The position numbers and the translations under genes are program-made. Below are positions 12,251-24,964 of a DNA stretch of 64,000 nucleotides, piece after piece. The DNA lies in assembly GCF_035084215.1 (NCBI RefSeq), contig NW_027139666.1:868001-932000 (forward strand), in the 5' to 3' direction. Under the pieces are notes generated by a model, which made no database searches, was not told the DNA's origin, and worked only from the letters and a program-made list of their open reading frames with translations. The number at the start of each line of letters is the position of its first letter. Position 1 is the stretch's first letter. The DNA comes from Heptranchias perlo. Lineage: Eukaryota.

Positions 12251-12459
12251 TTATTTCAGGATACAGCATGTTACTTGAAACTGTATCTTTACTTCATTAA
12301 TGTTTGCACGGTCCTTTGTCTAGCATTATTTTTTAAATATGGATACACTTCTGTATTTTGTTTCAATCAAACAATGTGTGAGGTTTGGTGTAGGATTACA
12401 TCTTAATCTCTTGAAAGACTATTGCAAATGATAATGTATATTTCGATATTTTACCGTGA

Positions 12460-13560
12460 AATTATTGATCTGGTATTTATTGTGTAGCTCAGTCTGCGCT
12501 AATGGAATTGATACTTTATCTTTCAGGCTGACACTTTGTGCTATATTTGGACTGGTATGTCAGGAATAACTCAGTCCGCAATAATGGAATTGATGCCATA
12601 CCTTTCAGCATGAGTTTGAAGTAATTATTGGAATCGTTTGCAATGTGTAGCTTCGTCTACACTAATAGGATTCAGACTGTATGTTTCAATATGATAATAT
12701 GTATATACGAATTTTGGACTGCATACAATATGTAGCTGGGTCTGTACTAATGGAATTCGTACTGTGCCTTTCAGTCTAATACCGTGTAATATATTTTGAT
12801 TGGTTTGTAAGGTGTGGCTCAGTCTGCAATACTGGGATTGATACTGTATCTTTCAGCATGACCCTGAATGTGATTTTTGGACTCTATGTAATGTGTAGCT
12901 CAGTCTGCACTAATGGAATTGATAATGCATCTTTCAATCTGATACTGTATGAGAATTTTGGACTGGTAACAAATGTGTACCTCAGTCTGCAGTAATGAAA
13001 TTGATACTGTATCTTTCATTACGATACTGTATTCGAATTTTGGACCATATATAATGTGTCGCTCAATCTGCACTGTTGGAATTAATACTGTATCTTTCAA
13101 CCTGTCACTGAGATTTTTAGACCAGTATATGATGTGTCGCTCAGTCTGCACTAATGGGATTGATACTGTATCTTTCAGTCTGATACTGTGTGAGATTTGT
13201 ATACTGGCATGTAACGTGTGGGTCAGTCTATACGAGTCAAATCGAAACTGTGTCTTTCAGTCTGACACTGAATGTGATTTCTGGACTGGCATCTACTGTG
13301 TACCTCAGTCTGCAGTAAAGGAATTGAAACTGTATATTTCAGTACGATACTGCATGTGAATTTTGCACTGGTATATAATGAGCAGCTCAATCTGTATTAA
13401 TGGAATTGATATTGTATCTTTCAATCTGATACTGTATGAGAATTTTGGACTGGTATCTAATGTGTACCTCAGTCTGCAGTAAAGGAATTGACACTGTACA
13501 TTTCATTCTGACACTATGAAGTCTGTGGACATATATGTGAGTCAAATATGGGTAACATCT
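12460..13560 (+). repeat. ~82-bp satellite array (…gctcagtctgcactaatggaattgatactgtatctttcagtctgatactg…)
   Basis: ctcagtctg core recurs about every 81-83 bp. Further arrays at ~15820-16510, 17390-17600 and inverted at ~54370-55070, 55660-56350, 58680-59320. Confidence 0.9.
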
Positions 13561-13869
13561 GAACTGGTATCTAATTTGTATCTCAATGTACACTATTGGC
13601 ATGAATACTGCATCTTTAAACTCATAATGTGTGTGATTTGTGGGCTGGTATTTAATTTGAATCTCGGGGTACACTATTGTGATTCATTCTGTATCTATCA
13701 ATCGGTCCCATGTGTCAGTTCTAACTGGTATTTAATTTGTAGCTAAGGCTGAACTAATGTGAGATTAACACAATGCCTTTCAATCTGATACTGGGTGTGA
13801 TTTTGGACTGGGAATTATTTATCTGCCGGTCAGCGGTACTGAGTTGTTTAGAAATGGAAATTCCGTCTG

Positions 13870-14520
13870 TCTCTCCTGCTCTGTTTGACTGTTGGATTGG
13901 GATCAGTGTGGGACTGACTATTTCTGCTGTGTGAGACTGTGGAACTGACGACTTGTCTGTGTCTCTGTGCTCTGTGAGTGATAATGTACCTACTGTGTGT
14001 GAGAAGGAGCTGGCTGCACTGTTCCTTGCGGAGGAAACATCACACTGATTCTGGGTCCTTCAAGTATTTGCCTGTAGAAAGAGAAATTAAGTCTTGTAAC
14101 TCAAGAACAGGTGAGGTAGAAAATACAAAAGTGATCAATTGAATCTCTCTGTTAATAATCATTGTAATATCCACAAATGAAAACCAGTGATACAAACAGT
14201 GTCAGTGTCTGACTCCACTGCAGTACTGCAGCACTCAGCTTCTGTACACCAGGTGTGTTGGGCTGTTTTACAACAATTTAGTGACATCCAGACACAATCC
14301 AACACCTTCGCTGATCCATGAATGGGACGACCCGATGGGGTGGGGACCTTTGCACAGGTCAGGCTTCTAATCCCCTCTCCGATGGGGCTAACAGTTCAAC
14401 CAAAACCACAGAGCCGCTGTTTAAAATGTGTCCTTCATATTTCTCACATGATGCCTGCAATAGATGCTCTTTGTATAACTCCCCACATCCTTACTGTCCG
14501 GCTCTGTTTACTGTTCAATC
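13870..14520 (-). other. Promoter-less paralogue of the non-coding module (two downstream exons plus intron)
   Basis: Aligns to 335-1020; lacks the NRF1 segment and abuts H2B-upstream sequence at ~14560. Inverted twin at ~57625-58310. Confidence 0.75.
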
Positions 14521-16872
14521 ACAAACAGGGCAGGTAGAAAAAAAATCTGATTTAGTCCCTGGCACCAATCACAAACACGCTCACACTGCACATTGTCCGG
14601 TTTCAGCATTTTGTTCCGAACTGTTGCAGTTCTGCTTCCGGCCAGTAGATGTCCCCAAATCCCGGATCATTGAAGTTTGCAGATGAGAGAGGGACAGAAG
14701 ATCAACTCATTCTTCACATTATATTGCACGAGTGGGATTTAGAAAAACTGGGAATGGAGACGAGCTGTTGGACCAAACACTACTTGCAACGCTGTTTTAA
14801 ATTCTTGTAATTAATTTCGGGTATATTGTCTATATCGAGGAAGACTACGACAAAATCAGCTTGCAGAACGGCCGTTTAAATGGCCATTGAATTTCAATAT
14901 AGAAAGGTGTGAGCTGGTGCATTTTGCCAGGGGGATTAAGGAGGCCACATACTGCTTGGAAATTAAGAGTCTAAACGGGACAGAGGAGCAATGTAAATCA
15001 TCCTGAGAAATTAGAGAGAAATACTGCGCAATGTAAGCGAAAAATTATGGGGCAAATTCACAACTATCGAATGAGTAAAACAAAAAAATTATTATGAATC
15101 AATTGACTTCATTTTTCACTATCAAAATGTGCAAAAATACGAGAATAAAAGTTACAGACAGAAACTTTCCTCACATTGCAGATTGTCCTGTTTCTGTAAC
15201 CACGACAGGAAATGTGAATTGGTTCCGCTCTTTTACAGTTCTCGCTTACGTCCAGTAGAGTTCAGTCTCTGGTACTGTGTCTGGTGGGGTTTATTCTGTA
15301 TCTGTCAGACTCTGTTATTGAGTGTGAGCATGGGGTATATTCTGCATCTGTCAGTTTCAGGTACTATATATAAGTGCTGGGTTCATTCTGTATCAGTCAG
15401 TCTCTGGTACTATGTGTGAGTGTGGAATTAACTCTGCAACTGTCAATCTCTGGTGTTGTATCTGAGTGTGGGATACATTCTGTATCTGTCAATCTCTGGT
15501 GTTGTATCTGAGTGTGGGATACATTCTGTATCTGCCATTCTCTGCTGCTTTATCTCAGTTTGGGATTCATTCTGTAATTCAGTCTCTGAGACAATGTGCA
15601 AGTCTGGATTCATTCTGTATTCTTATTTCAGTTTACAGCATTATATTTGAAACTGTATCTTTAACACTTTAAATGATATAGTTCTTCATCGTGTATTTAA
15701 TCTGTAAATATTAATTTTCTTCAATCAAACAATGTGTGTGAGTTTTGGAGTGGGATCACATCTTAATCTCTGAACTCTATTGTGAATGATAATGTAGCTT
15801 TCAATCTGTTCACAGTGAAATTATTGGACTGGTATGTAGTGTGCAGCTCAGTCTGCACTGATGGAATTAATTCTGTATCTGAGTCGAACACTGTATGAGA
15901 TTTTTGAACTGGTATGCAATACGTAGCTCATCTTGCACTAAAGGAGTGGATACTGTCTCTATCAGTCTGATACTGTATGAGATTTTTGGCCTGGAATGTG
16001 AGATGTAGCTCAGTCTGCACTAATGGAAGTGATACTGAATCTTTCAATGTGATATTCTATGAGATTTTTGGACTGGTGTGTCACATGTACCTCAGTCTGT
16101 GCTAATGGAATTGATATTGTATCTTTGAGTCTGATACTCTTTGAGATTCTTGGACTGCTATATCATGTGTGGTTCAGTCTGTGCTAATAGAATTGATACT
16201 GTATCTTCCAGTCATCATTTATGAGATTGTTGGACTGCCATGTAATCTGTGTCTCAGTCTGTGATAATAGAATTGAAATTACATCTTCCAGTCTGATCAT
16301 TTATGAGGTTTTTGGACTTGTGTGTAACGTGTAGCTCAGTCTGTACCAATAGTATTGATACTGTATGTTTCAGTACAATACTGTATGAGTATTTTGCAAT
16401 GTATATAAAATGTAGCTCAGTCTGCACTCATGGAATTGATACTGCATCTTTCAATCAGACACTATGAGGTTTTTGGACTGGTATCTGATGTGCAACTCAG
16501 TCTGCAGTAACATGACTGTGAGATTAATTCTGTATCTGTCAATCGGTGGTACTGTGTGTGAGTGTGTGATTAATTCTTTATCTCTCAGTCCCTGGTATTG
16601 TGTGTGAGTGTGGGATTCATCCTGTATCTGTCATTCTCTGGTACTGTGTGTGAGTGTGGGATTCAGTCTGTATCTGTCAATCTCTGGTACTGTGTGTGGG
16701 TGTGGGGTTCATTCTGTATCTGTCAGTCTCTGGTTCTGTGTTTGAGCGTGGGATTCATTCTGTATCTGTCAGTCTCTGGTACTGTGTGCGAGTGTGGGAT
16801 TCATTCTGTATCTCTCAATCACTGGTACTGTATGTGAGTGTGGGATTAATTGTGTTCCTATCAGTCTCTGGT

Positions 16873-16919
16873 TGTGTGTGTGTGAGTGTGTGTGTGTGTG
16901 TGCGTGCGCGCGCGCGTGT
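16873..16919 (+). repeat. (TG)n(CG)n alternating purine-pyrimidine microsatellite
   Basis: gtgtgtgtgtgagtgtgtgtgtgtgtgtgcgtgcgcgcgcgcgtgt. Confidence 0.9.
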
Positions 16920-17699
16920 ATGAGTGATTCATTCTGTTTCTGTTTGTATCTGGTGCTGTAAGTGAGTGAGATATTCATTCCATACCTCTTAATTTCTGAT
17001 ACAGTATGTGAGTGATATAAATTCTGTATCTGTCAGTCTGTACCACAGTGTGTGAGTGCGGCATTCACTCTGGATCTGCCAGTCACTGGTACATTGTGTG
17101 AGCATGGGATTCATTGTACATGTCAGTCTCTGGCACTGTATCTGAGTGTGAGATTCATTCATTATATTTAAGTAAATTGTATCTCCGTTTATTGTACGGC
17201 ATTCAAAACTGTACTTTAATACCTTAATGTATGAATATTTTCCCCAGTCTTTTATTGGTAGATACTGATACACTTCAAAATGTAATGTTGCAGGTTATAA
17301 TCAGAGAATGTGGGCACTTTTTGGAATTCTATTAAATCTGTATCGATGGAAACACAATTGTGATTTGGTGTGTCTTCCAAACTGATATCGTGACATTTTT
17401 GATCTTGTATATAATGTGTAGCTCAGTCTGTGTGAATGGAATACTGTATATTTCAGTCTGAATCTGTGTCAGTTTTTTTGTAGTGATATGTAATGTGTAG
17501 ATCAGTCTGCACCAATGGAATTGATAATGTATCTTTCAATCTGACATTATGAGATATTTGGTCTGGTATGTTAAGTGTAAATCAGCCTGTACTAATGTAG
17601 GTGACTGTGAGATTCATTTGGGATCTCTCAGTCTCTGGTACTGTGTGTGATTGTGGGATAGATTCTGTATCTGTCACACTCTGGTACTCTATGTGAGTG

Positions 17700-18600
17700 C
17701 GGGATTCACTCTGTATATACCTTCTCTCGAACTGTGTGTGGGATTCATTCTGTATATACCTTCTCTAGTACTGTGTGTGGGATTCATTCTGTATACACCT
17801 TCTCTAGTAATGTGTGTGGGATTCACTCTGTATATACGTTCTCTAGTACTATGTGTGGGATTCACGCTGTATATACCTTCTCTAGTACTGTGTGTGGAAT
17901 TCACTCTGTATATACCTTCTCTAGTACTGTGTGTGGGATTCACTCTGTATATACCTTCTCTAGTACTGTGTGTGGGATTCACTCTGTATATACCTTCTCT
18001 AGTACTGTGTGTGGGATTCACTCTGTATATACCTTCTCTGGTACTGTGTGTGGCATTCAGTCTGTATATACCTTCTCTGGTACTGTGTGTGGAAATTATA
18101 CTGTATATACATTCTCTGGTACTGTGTGCAGGATTCACTCTGTATATACCTTCTCTGGTACTATGTGTGGGATTCACTCTGTATATACCTTCTCTGGTAC
18201 TGTGTGTGGGATTCACTCTGTATATACCTTCTCTGGTACTGTGTGTGGCATTCATTCTGTACATACCTTCTCTATTACTGTGTGTGGGATTCACTCTGTA
18301 TATCCCTTCACTAGAACTGTGTGTGGGATTCACTCTGTATATACCTTCTCCAGTACTGTGTGTGGGATTCACTCTGTATATACCTTCTCTAGTGCTGTGT
18401 GTGGGATTCACTCTGTATATACATTCTCTGGTGCTGTGTGTGGGATTCACTCTATATATACCTTCTCTAGTACTGTGTGTGGGATTCACTCCGTATATAC
18501 CTTCTCTGGTACTGTGTGTGGGATTCACTCTGTATATACCTTCTCTGGTACTGTGTGTGGGTTTCGGTCTGTATATACCTTCTCTAGTGCTGTGTGTGTG
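17700..18600 (+). repeat. 39-bp minisatellite, ~23 homogeneous copies
   Basis: Unit ggattcactctgtatataccttctctagtactgtgtgtg; gives 13-aa periodic pseudo-ORFs in several frames. Confidence 0.97.
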
Positions 18601-19867
18601 TGTTGTATTATTTCCACATATGCAGTTTCTTATACTGTAGGTTAGTTTGGGATTCTTTCTGTATCTCAGTCTCAGGTAGCTTGTGTGAGTGTGGGATTCA
18701 TACTTTACCAGTCAGTCTCTGGTGCTGTGTGTGAGTGTGGGATTCACTTTTTGTATCTGTCAGTCTCTGGTATTGTATGTGAGTTTGAGATTCCTTCTGC
18801 ATGTCTCAGTCTCTGGTACGGTATGCGAGTGTGGGATTCATTCTGTGTCTGTAAAATTATTCTCTCTGTTTATATTATAGCGTTCAATAATTTAGCTTTA
18901 ATATCTTAATGTTTAAATAGTTTTTCTCATTATTTAATTTGTAAATATGGATGCACTTTCGGATAAGATGCTGGAGGTTTTTAATCAGATAATTTGTGTG
19001 CTTTTTGGACTATGATTAAATCTGTATCTCTGAACACAAATTTGAATGATAATATATCTTTCAAACTGATATGATGACATTTTTGGACTGCTGTGTAATG
19101 TGTATCTCAGTCTGCACTAATAGAATTGATACTGTATCTTTAAATCTCATACCATGAGTGTATTATAAACTGATATCTAATTTGTTTCTCATGTTACGCT
19201 GTCACAGCATTTCTCAATCTGACACTGTATGAGAGTTTTGGACCTGTCTGCAATTTGTATCTCATGCTGCACTATTCGAATGGATACGACATGTATTAAA
19301 CTCACATGTGTGTGAGAGTTCTGGTCAAGTATTCAATTTGAATCTCGGGTTACATTATTGCAATTCATTCCGTACCTTTCAATCGGGCACCATGTGTGAT
19401 TACTATCTGGTATTTAATTCGTAGCTACTGTTAACCTACTGTGGGATTGACAATCTTAAAGCATGACTTTGGACTGGGATTTTTGTATCTACCTGTCAGT
19501 GGTACTGAGTTAGGGGGAAATGGAAACAGCGTCTGCCTCACCTGCTCTGTTTCCGTGTTGGATTGAAAATGTGCCTCCGGATATTGGGATCAGTTTGTGA
19601 CTGACTGCTTCTGCTGTCTGAGACTGTGGAACTGATGACCCGTCTGTGTCTCTGTGAATGATAACGTACCTACTGTGTGTGAGGAGGAGCTGGCTGCACT
19701 GTTCCTTGTGCCTAGGATGGAGGAAGCATCACATTTATTCTTGGCCCTTCAAGTATTTTTCTGTCAGAAGAAAAAAGTAACTGTTGTAACTCCAGAACCA
19801 GTGAGGTAGAAAATACAAAAGTGATAAGTTTAATAGCTCTGTTAATGATAATTATGTAAATCAGCGA

Positions 19868-21614
19868 TCATAGAATCATAGAATCATAGAATCATAGAAG
19901 TTACAACATGGAAACAGGCCCTTCGGCCCAACATGTCCATGTCGCCCAGTTTATACCACTAAGCTAGTCCCAATTGCCTGCACTTGGCCCATATCCCTCG
20001 ATACCCATCTTCCCCATGTAACTGTCCAAATGCTTTTTAAAAGACAAAATTGTACCCGCCTCTACTACTGCCTCTGGCAGCTCGTTCCAGACACTCACCA
20101 CCCTTTGAGTGAAAAAATTGCCCCTCTGGATCCTTTTGTATCTCTCCCCTCTCACCTTAAATCTGTGCCCCCTCGTTATAGACTCCCCTACCTTTGGGAA
20201 AAGATTTTGACTATCGACCTTATCTATGCCCCTCATTATTTTATAGACTTCTATAAGATCACCCCTTAACCTCCTACTCTCCAGGGAATAAAGTCCCAGT
20301 CTGTCTAACCTCTCCCTGTAAGTCAAACCATCAAGTCCCGGTAGCATCCTAGTAAATCTTTTCTGCACTCTTTCTAGTTTAATAATATCCTTTCTATAAT
20401 AGGGTGACCAGAACTGTACACAGTACTCCAAGTGTGGCCTCACCAATGCCCTGTACAACTTCAACAAGACATCCCAACTCCTGCATTCAATGTTCTGACC
20501 AATGAAACCAAGCATGCTGAATGCCTTCTTCACCACCCTATCCACCTGTGACTCCACTTTCAAGGAGCTATGAATCTGTACTCCTAGATCTCTTTGTTCT
20601 ATAACTCTCCCCAACGCCCTACCATTAACGGAGTAGGTCCTGGCCCGATTCGATCTACCAAAATGCATCACCTCACATTTATCTAAATTAAACTCCATCT
20701 GCCATTCATCGGCCCACTGGCCCAATTTATCAAGATCCCGTTGCAATCCTAGATAACCTTCTTCACTGTCCACAATGCCACCAATCTTGGTGTCATCTGC
20801 AAACTTACTAACCATGCCTCCTAAATTCTCATCCAAATCATTAATATAAATAACAAATAACAGCGGACCCAGCACCGATCCCTGAGGCACACCGCTGGAC
20901 ACAGGCATCCAGTTTGAAAAACAACCCTCGACAACCACCCTCTGTCTTCTGTCGTCAAGCCAATTTTGTATCCAATTGGCTACCTCACCTTGGATCCCAT
21001 GAGATTTAACCTTATGTAACAACCTACCATGCGGTACCTTGTCAAATGCTTTGCTGAAGTCCATGTAGACCACGTCTACTGCACAGCCCTCATCTATCTT
21101 CTTGGTTACCCCTTCAAAAAACTCAATCAAATTCGTGAGACATGATTTTCCTCTCACAAAACCATGCTGACTGTTCCTAATTAGTCCCTGCCTCTCCAAA
21201 TGCCTGTAGATTCTGTCCCTCAGAATACCCTCTAACAACTTACCCACTACAGATGTCAGGCTCACTGGTCTGTAGTTCCCAGGCTTTTCCCTGCCGCCCT
21301 TCTTAAACAAAGGCACAACATTTGCTACCCTCCAATCTTCAGGCACCTCACCTGTAGCGGTGGATGATTCAAATATCTCTGCTAGGGGACCCGCAATTTC
21401 CTCCCTAACCTCCCATAACGTCCTGGGATACATTTCATCAGGTCCCGGAGATTTATCTACCTTGATGCGCGTTAAGACTTCCAGCACCTCCCTCTCTGTA
21501 ATATGTACACTCCTCAAGACATCACTATTTATTTCCCCAAGTTCCCTAACATCCATGCCTTTCTCAACCGTAAATACCGATGTGAAATATTCATTCAGGA
21601 TCTCACCCATCTCT
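19868..21614 (-). mobile_element. Young 5'-truncated CR1 LINE with intact RT frame
   Basis: (ATTCTATG)n tail at ~19868-19900, short 3'UTR, uninterrupted 548-aa ORF. The flanks rejoin into the non-coding module intron. Confidence 0.97.
19964..21610 (-). CDS. CR1 ORF2 C-terminal part: reverse transcriptase (no endonuclease)
   Basis: [55 protein letters not shown] motifs. Confidence 0.93.
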   Translation of the reverse strand: MGEILNEYFTSVFTVEKGMDVRELGEINSDVLRSVHITEREVLEVLTRIKVDKSPGPDEMYPRTLWEVREEIAGPLAEIFESSTATGEVPEDWRVANVVPLFKKGGREKPGNYRPVSLTSVVGKLLEGILRDRIYRHLERQGLIRNSQHGFVRGKSCLTNLIEFFEGVTKKIDEGCAVDVVYMDFSKAFDKVPHGRLLHKVKSHGIQGEVANWIQNWLDDRRQRVVVEGCFSNWMPVSSGVPQGSVLGPLLFVIYINDLDENLGGMVSKFADDTKIGGIVDSEEGYLGLQRDLDKLGQWADEWQMEFNLDKCEVMHFGRSNRARTYSVNGRALGRVIEQRDLGVQIHSSLKVESQVDRVVKKAFSMLGFIGQNIECRSWDVLLKLYRALVRPHLEYCVQFWSPYYRKDIIKLERVQKRFTRMLPGLDGLTYRERLDRLGLYSLESRRLRGDLIEVYKIMRGIDKVDSQNLFPKVGESITRGHRFKVRGERYKRIQRGNFFTQRVVSVWNELPEAVVEAGTILSFKKHLDSYMGKMGIEGYGPSAGNWD

Positions 21615-22700
21615 TGTCAGTGTCTGACTCCACTGCAGTACTGCAGCACTCAGCTTCTGCACACCAGGTGCGTTGGGCTGTTTTACAACAATTTAGTGAC
21701 ATCCAGACTCAACCCAACCCCCGCACTGATCCATGAATGGGACTACCCGATGGGGCGGGGACTTTGTACAGGTCAGGTTTCTAATTCCCTCTCCCAGGAG
21801 AATAACCTTTCAACAGAAATATAACAGCAGTTGTTTAAATTGTGTCCTTCACACTTCTCACCTGGTGCCTTCAATAGATGCTCTTTGTATAAGTCCACAC
21901 ATCATTACTGTCCGACTCTGTTTCCACTCTTCACTCTCCAAAAACAACAAACAGGGTGAGACTGGAACTAAACCAGGAACATTCACTACTGGTTTGGGGC
22001 GAAAAAGCAGCAATGATTTTAAATAGCAGGTTCTCCCCATTCTCTCTCCCTTCCCCTGGACACACCCGGTACACACACAGCCCGAGAATGACCTCTCCCT
22101 TCCCCCGCTCACTCCATGTTCCGGGACCAGTTCCTGATCCACTCCGCCTCTTACAAACAGCCCCCGGACTCCCCCTGACCTGCCCCCGGACTCAGTGCCG
22201 ATCTCTGAGCCCATCTGCGGACACGGTCCCGAAGCGATGAGCTGCTGTAACGAGGCTGCTCTTTGCTCCCTTCCCCCGGGGGCCGTGATCTCTCCATTCC
22301 CGGCTGTTTTAAACCATCTTCTTCCGCTCACTGAGGGAATGGCGCCCACAGGCCGAGCTGGGGGAGGGGAGCGCGCATGCGCTCTTCTGCTCACCAATTA
22401 TCAGCTCTGGGGGCGGGGCTGAGCCGCGCATGCGCAGATATCTGGTTTAATTCCCAATACAAAAATCGATGGAAACTTTCCCCAATTGGAATTTTTCAGA
22501 GTCTGAGCAAAGGAAGTGGGTCTGGGGGAAAGGTCAGAGGGAATGGGGTCCACAGGCAGTGCAGGAACAGGCACCAGAATGGGAAACAGATGGGATTCCA
22601 CCAGTGCCGAACGCTGGAATCCAGACTGACTTTACAATCTCTAACTATTAAACTAGATGTTTCCATCCCTGCTGTTTCTCTCGGTATCTTTTGAAGGTAA
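21615..22700 (-). ncRNA. Non-coding module copy 2 (promoter, exon ~21862-21933; its last exon ~19540-19770 lies beyond the CR1)
   Basis: High similarity to 690-1780, with both GCGCATGCGC sites and the CAG|GTGAGA donor retained. Confidence 0.4.
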
Positions 22701-23369
22701 ATAGTCTTTCATAGATAAAGTGGGACGTTTTGAAAAGAGCCAATGGATTCTGTTCATTCTTGGCCCCATTAACCATTAATTAACGTGTGACTCCGAAACT
22801 GGATGCAGGATTTCTCAAACCAATCCTGGAGAAAAATGGGATGAAAGTCGGAGTCCGTGTATTTGCTGGGAGCTTGTAGGATTAATATCTGACAGCAACA
22901 GTCCCATATTAATATAATCAGATTGAAACTCTCGGTCACTGAGAGTAATAGCGAACGGCCCTGATCTGCAAAACCGAATGTAGTACAACAGGCAAGAGAG
23001 GGTTAAATTCTGCCCACATTGTTTTGGTCACTCTCTGCACTGTCCCTGAGTGTGGGATTAATACTGTGTCCGTCTCTGGTATATCAGTGAGAGATAAGAC
23101 TACATCTTCTGTCTCTACAACGGGAATTTCTGGATGAAACGCAATTTTACAAGTCAGTCTGGAACTGATACTGTTGCACTGTGCCTCTCCGCTCGCTCTG
23201 TCACAGTATCTGTCTCCCTTTCTCTCTCACTCTCCGGTGCTGTATATGAAGGTTGGATACTGCTATTAACCGTGATATGAACATACTGATAGGAAGTGTA
23301 AGACTGACAGTGTGTGTCTCGCTTTCTCTCTCGAGTGCTGTTTTTGAAGGTGGAATACTGTCTGATATA

Positions 23370-23580
23370 AAACAGAGAGAATGGGGTGTCCAGGCCACAC
23401 CGTAACTGGGGATGTGTTCGGCTCCAGTCCCAGTTCATGGTCATAACCTTTTCACAGATTCAGGGTGAGAGTCTCTGTGAGACGGTAAAACTGGCGGAGC
23501 AAATCCGCTTCACAATTCAAACCCCAACACATGAGATTCTACAAATCAGCTGGAATAAGATTTTTGTAAAATGCTGAATG
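23370..23580 (+). other. Orphan fragment of the H1-H4 intergenic spacer
   Basis: Matches 4520-4730 (gtgttcggctccagtcccagttcat, cacaattcaaaccccaacacatgagattct); no H4 follows. Confidence 0.85.
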
Positions 23581-24964
23581 AGAGTGGATTTTCCGCTTTG
23601 GCGGTGGAGTAAGTCGGCGATAGCGGATCGGGCCCCCATTGTTCACTACGCCTGATTTTACTATCCATTGACACCAATGAGTTCACTGAAGTAACTGATA
23701 TCAATCCAATACTTCAAATAAATTTGGAAATACCAGACAGGAATTATATTTTATCCAACAAATGCTTTTTGAGAAATAATACAAGATTTGATTCTAACAT
23801 GAAATGGTTTGCTGTTCTTAGTCGGGAAATAATATGATTTCAATATTAAATGTTTAATCCTGTAATGAATAAAATCAAATACTCCTTTTCGGTTGATGAT
23901 TATTTCCCATCACACACACTGCCCGGTGGGATGGACTGAAGGTGAGCTGTCAGGGTCAGACAGCGTCCTATTCATTCGGACATTTGTTCAGACCAGAACA
24001 GAATAATAATGGACCAACACCCGGACCGTTACTAACTGGTAAAATATTAATGTAATTTCTAACTCCAGTGGGGAGTTCCGGAGATCGTTTCCTCTCTGAG
24101 CTGTTGTGCAGCAATGTTTACTCACTGCAGGGAGTTTAATGGGACATGAGGCTGGACCTGGCTACATACATCTATATGGAAACCTCCTGATACATTTCTG
24201 AGACGATCAGGGGCTGGGAGATTTCACACGGCTCGAGCAGGCCAAGGGAAAGCTCTCCAGCTCCTCCTTGGCCCACAAAATATATGTTAAAAAGAAACTT
24301 CTCAGTGTTCTGGACCACTCAATGCCCATCGAAAGGGCGGATCCTCCACCCATTTTTAACCAACATTAAATGGTTTCCCCTGTACGTCATAATACTCTGG
24401 TTTACATATTACACGTGGCCTGACCGGAAACAGGTGGGTGTTGCTCGGGCCGCTCTTCTCAGGACATGACCCACGATGGCGGAGCCAGGAACGCCAGTGT
24501 TAAAGGGGCGGTAAGTAACCTGATACCATTTACAAGCCTCGACCACCCCATTTCCGCCAGGCGAGGATACTTAAAATCGGCCACACCTTTCCTAACCTAC
24601 GCGCTAGAATCAATCTTCGAAGCCCACAAGCTGGTCCATTTTCTCAAATTGCATCAGTTCATAACACGTGGAGGGAAATTTTCACCATCGCTGGGGACTG
24701 AACTGGTAGAGCGGATTACCCGCCCGTTACAGAACCGGCCCGAAATTAATTTTTGATCCGTCAGTTTACCGCCCAAGATGTGAAGGTGAAATTACCCCCT
24801 ACGTCTCTGACCGCAAGGTTCGACAGGTGTGTGAAAGACATCAGACAGTGTTTGCCAAACACTAACATGAATGTGGGCGAATGGATCCGTGTATTCAGGT
24901 AAAAGCTGATAACCCCCTCCACGGAGACTGAACCCCTATACCGTGGTGTCGAAGAGGAGTTCAT

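Noticed and set aside
17651-18645. Long ORFs (329, 303, 279 aa) with 13-aa periodicity
   Set aside because: Artefacts of a 39-bp minisatellite open in several frames on both strands.
11720-18850. CRISPR-like appearance of regular repeats
   Set aside because: The units are head-to-tail with no unique spacers, there are no cas genes, and the context is eukaryotic.
23580-24790. GC-richer patches that may be old MITE fragments
   Set aside because: I could not identify paired TIRs or TSDs by eye, so they are left unannotated.
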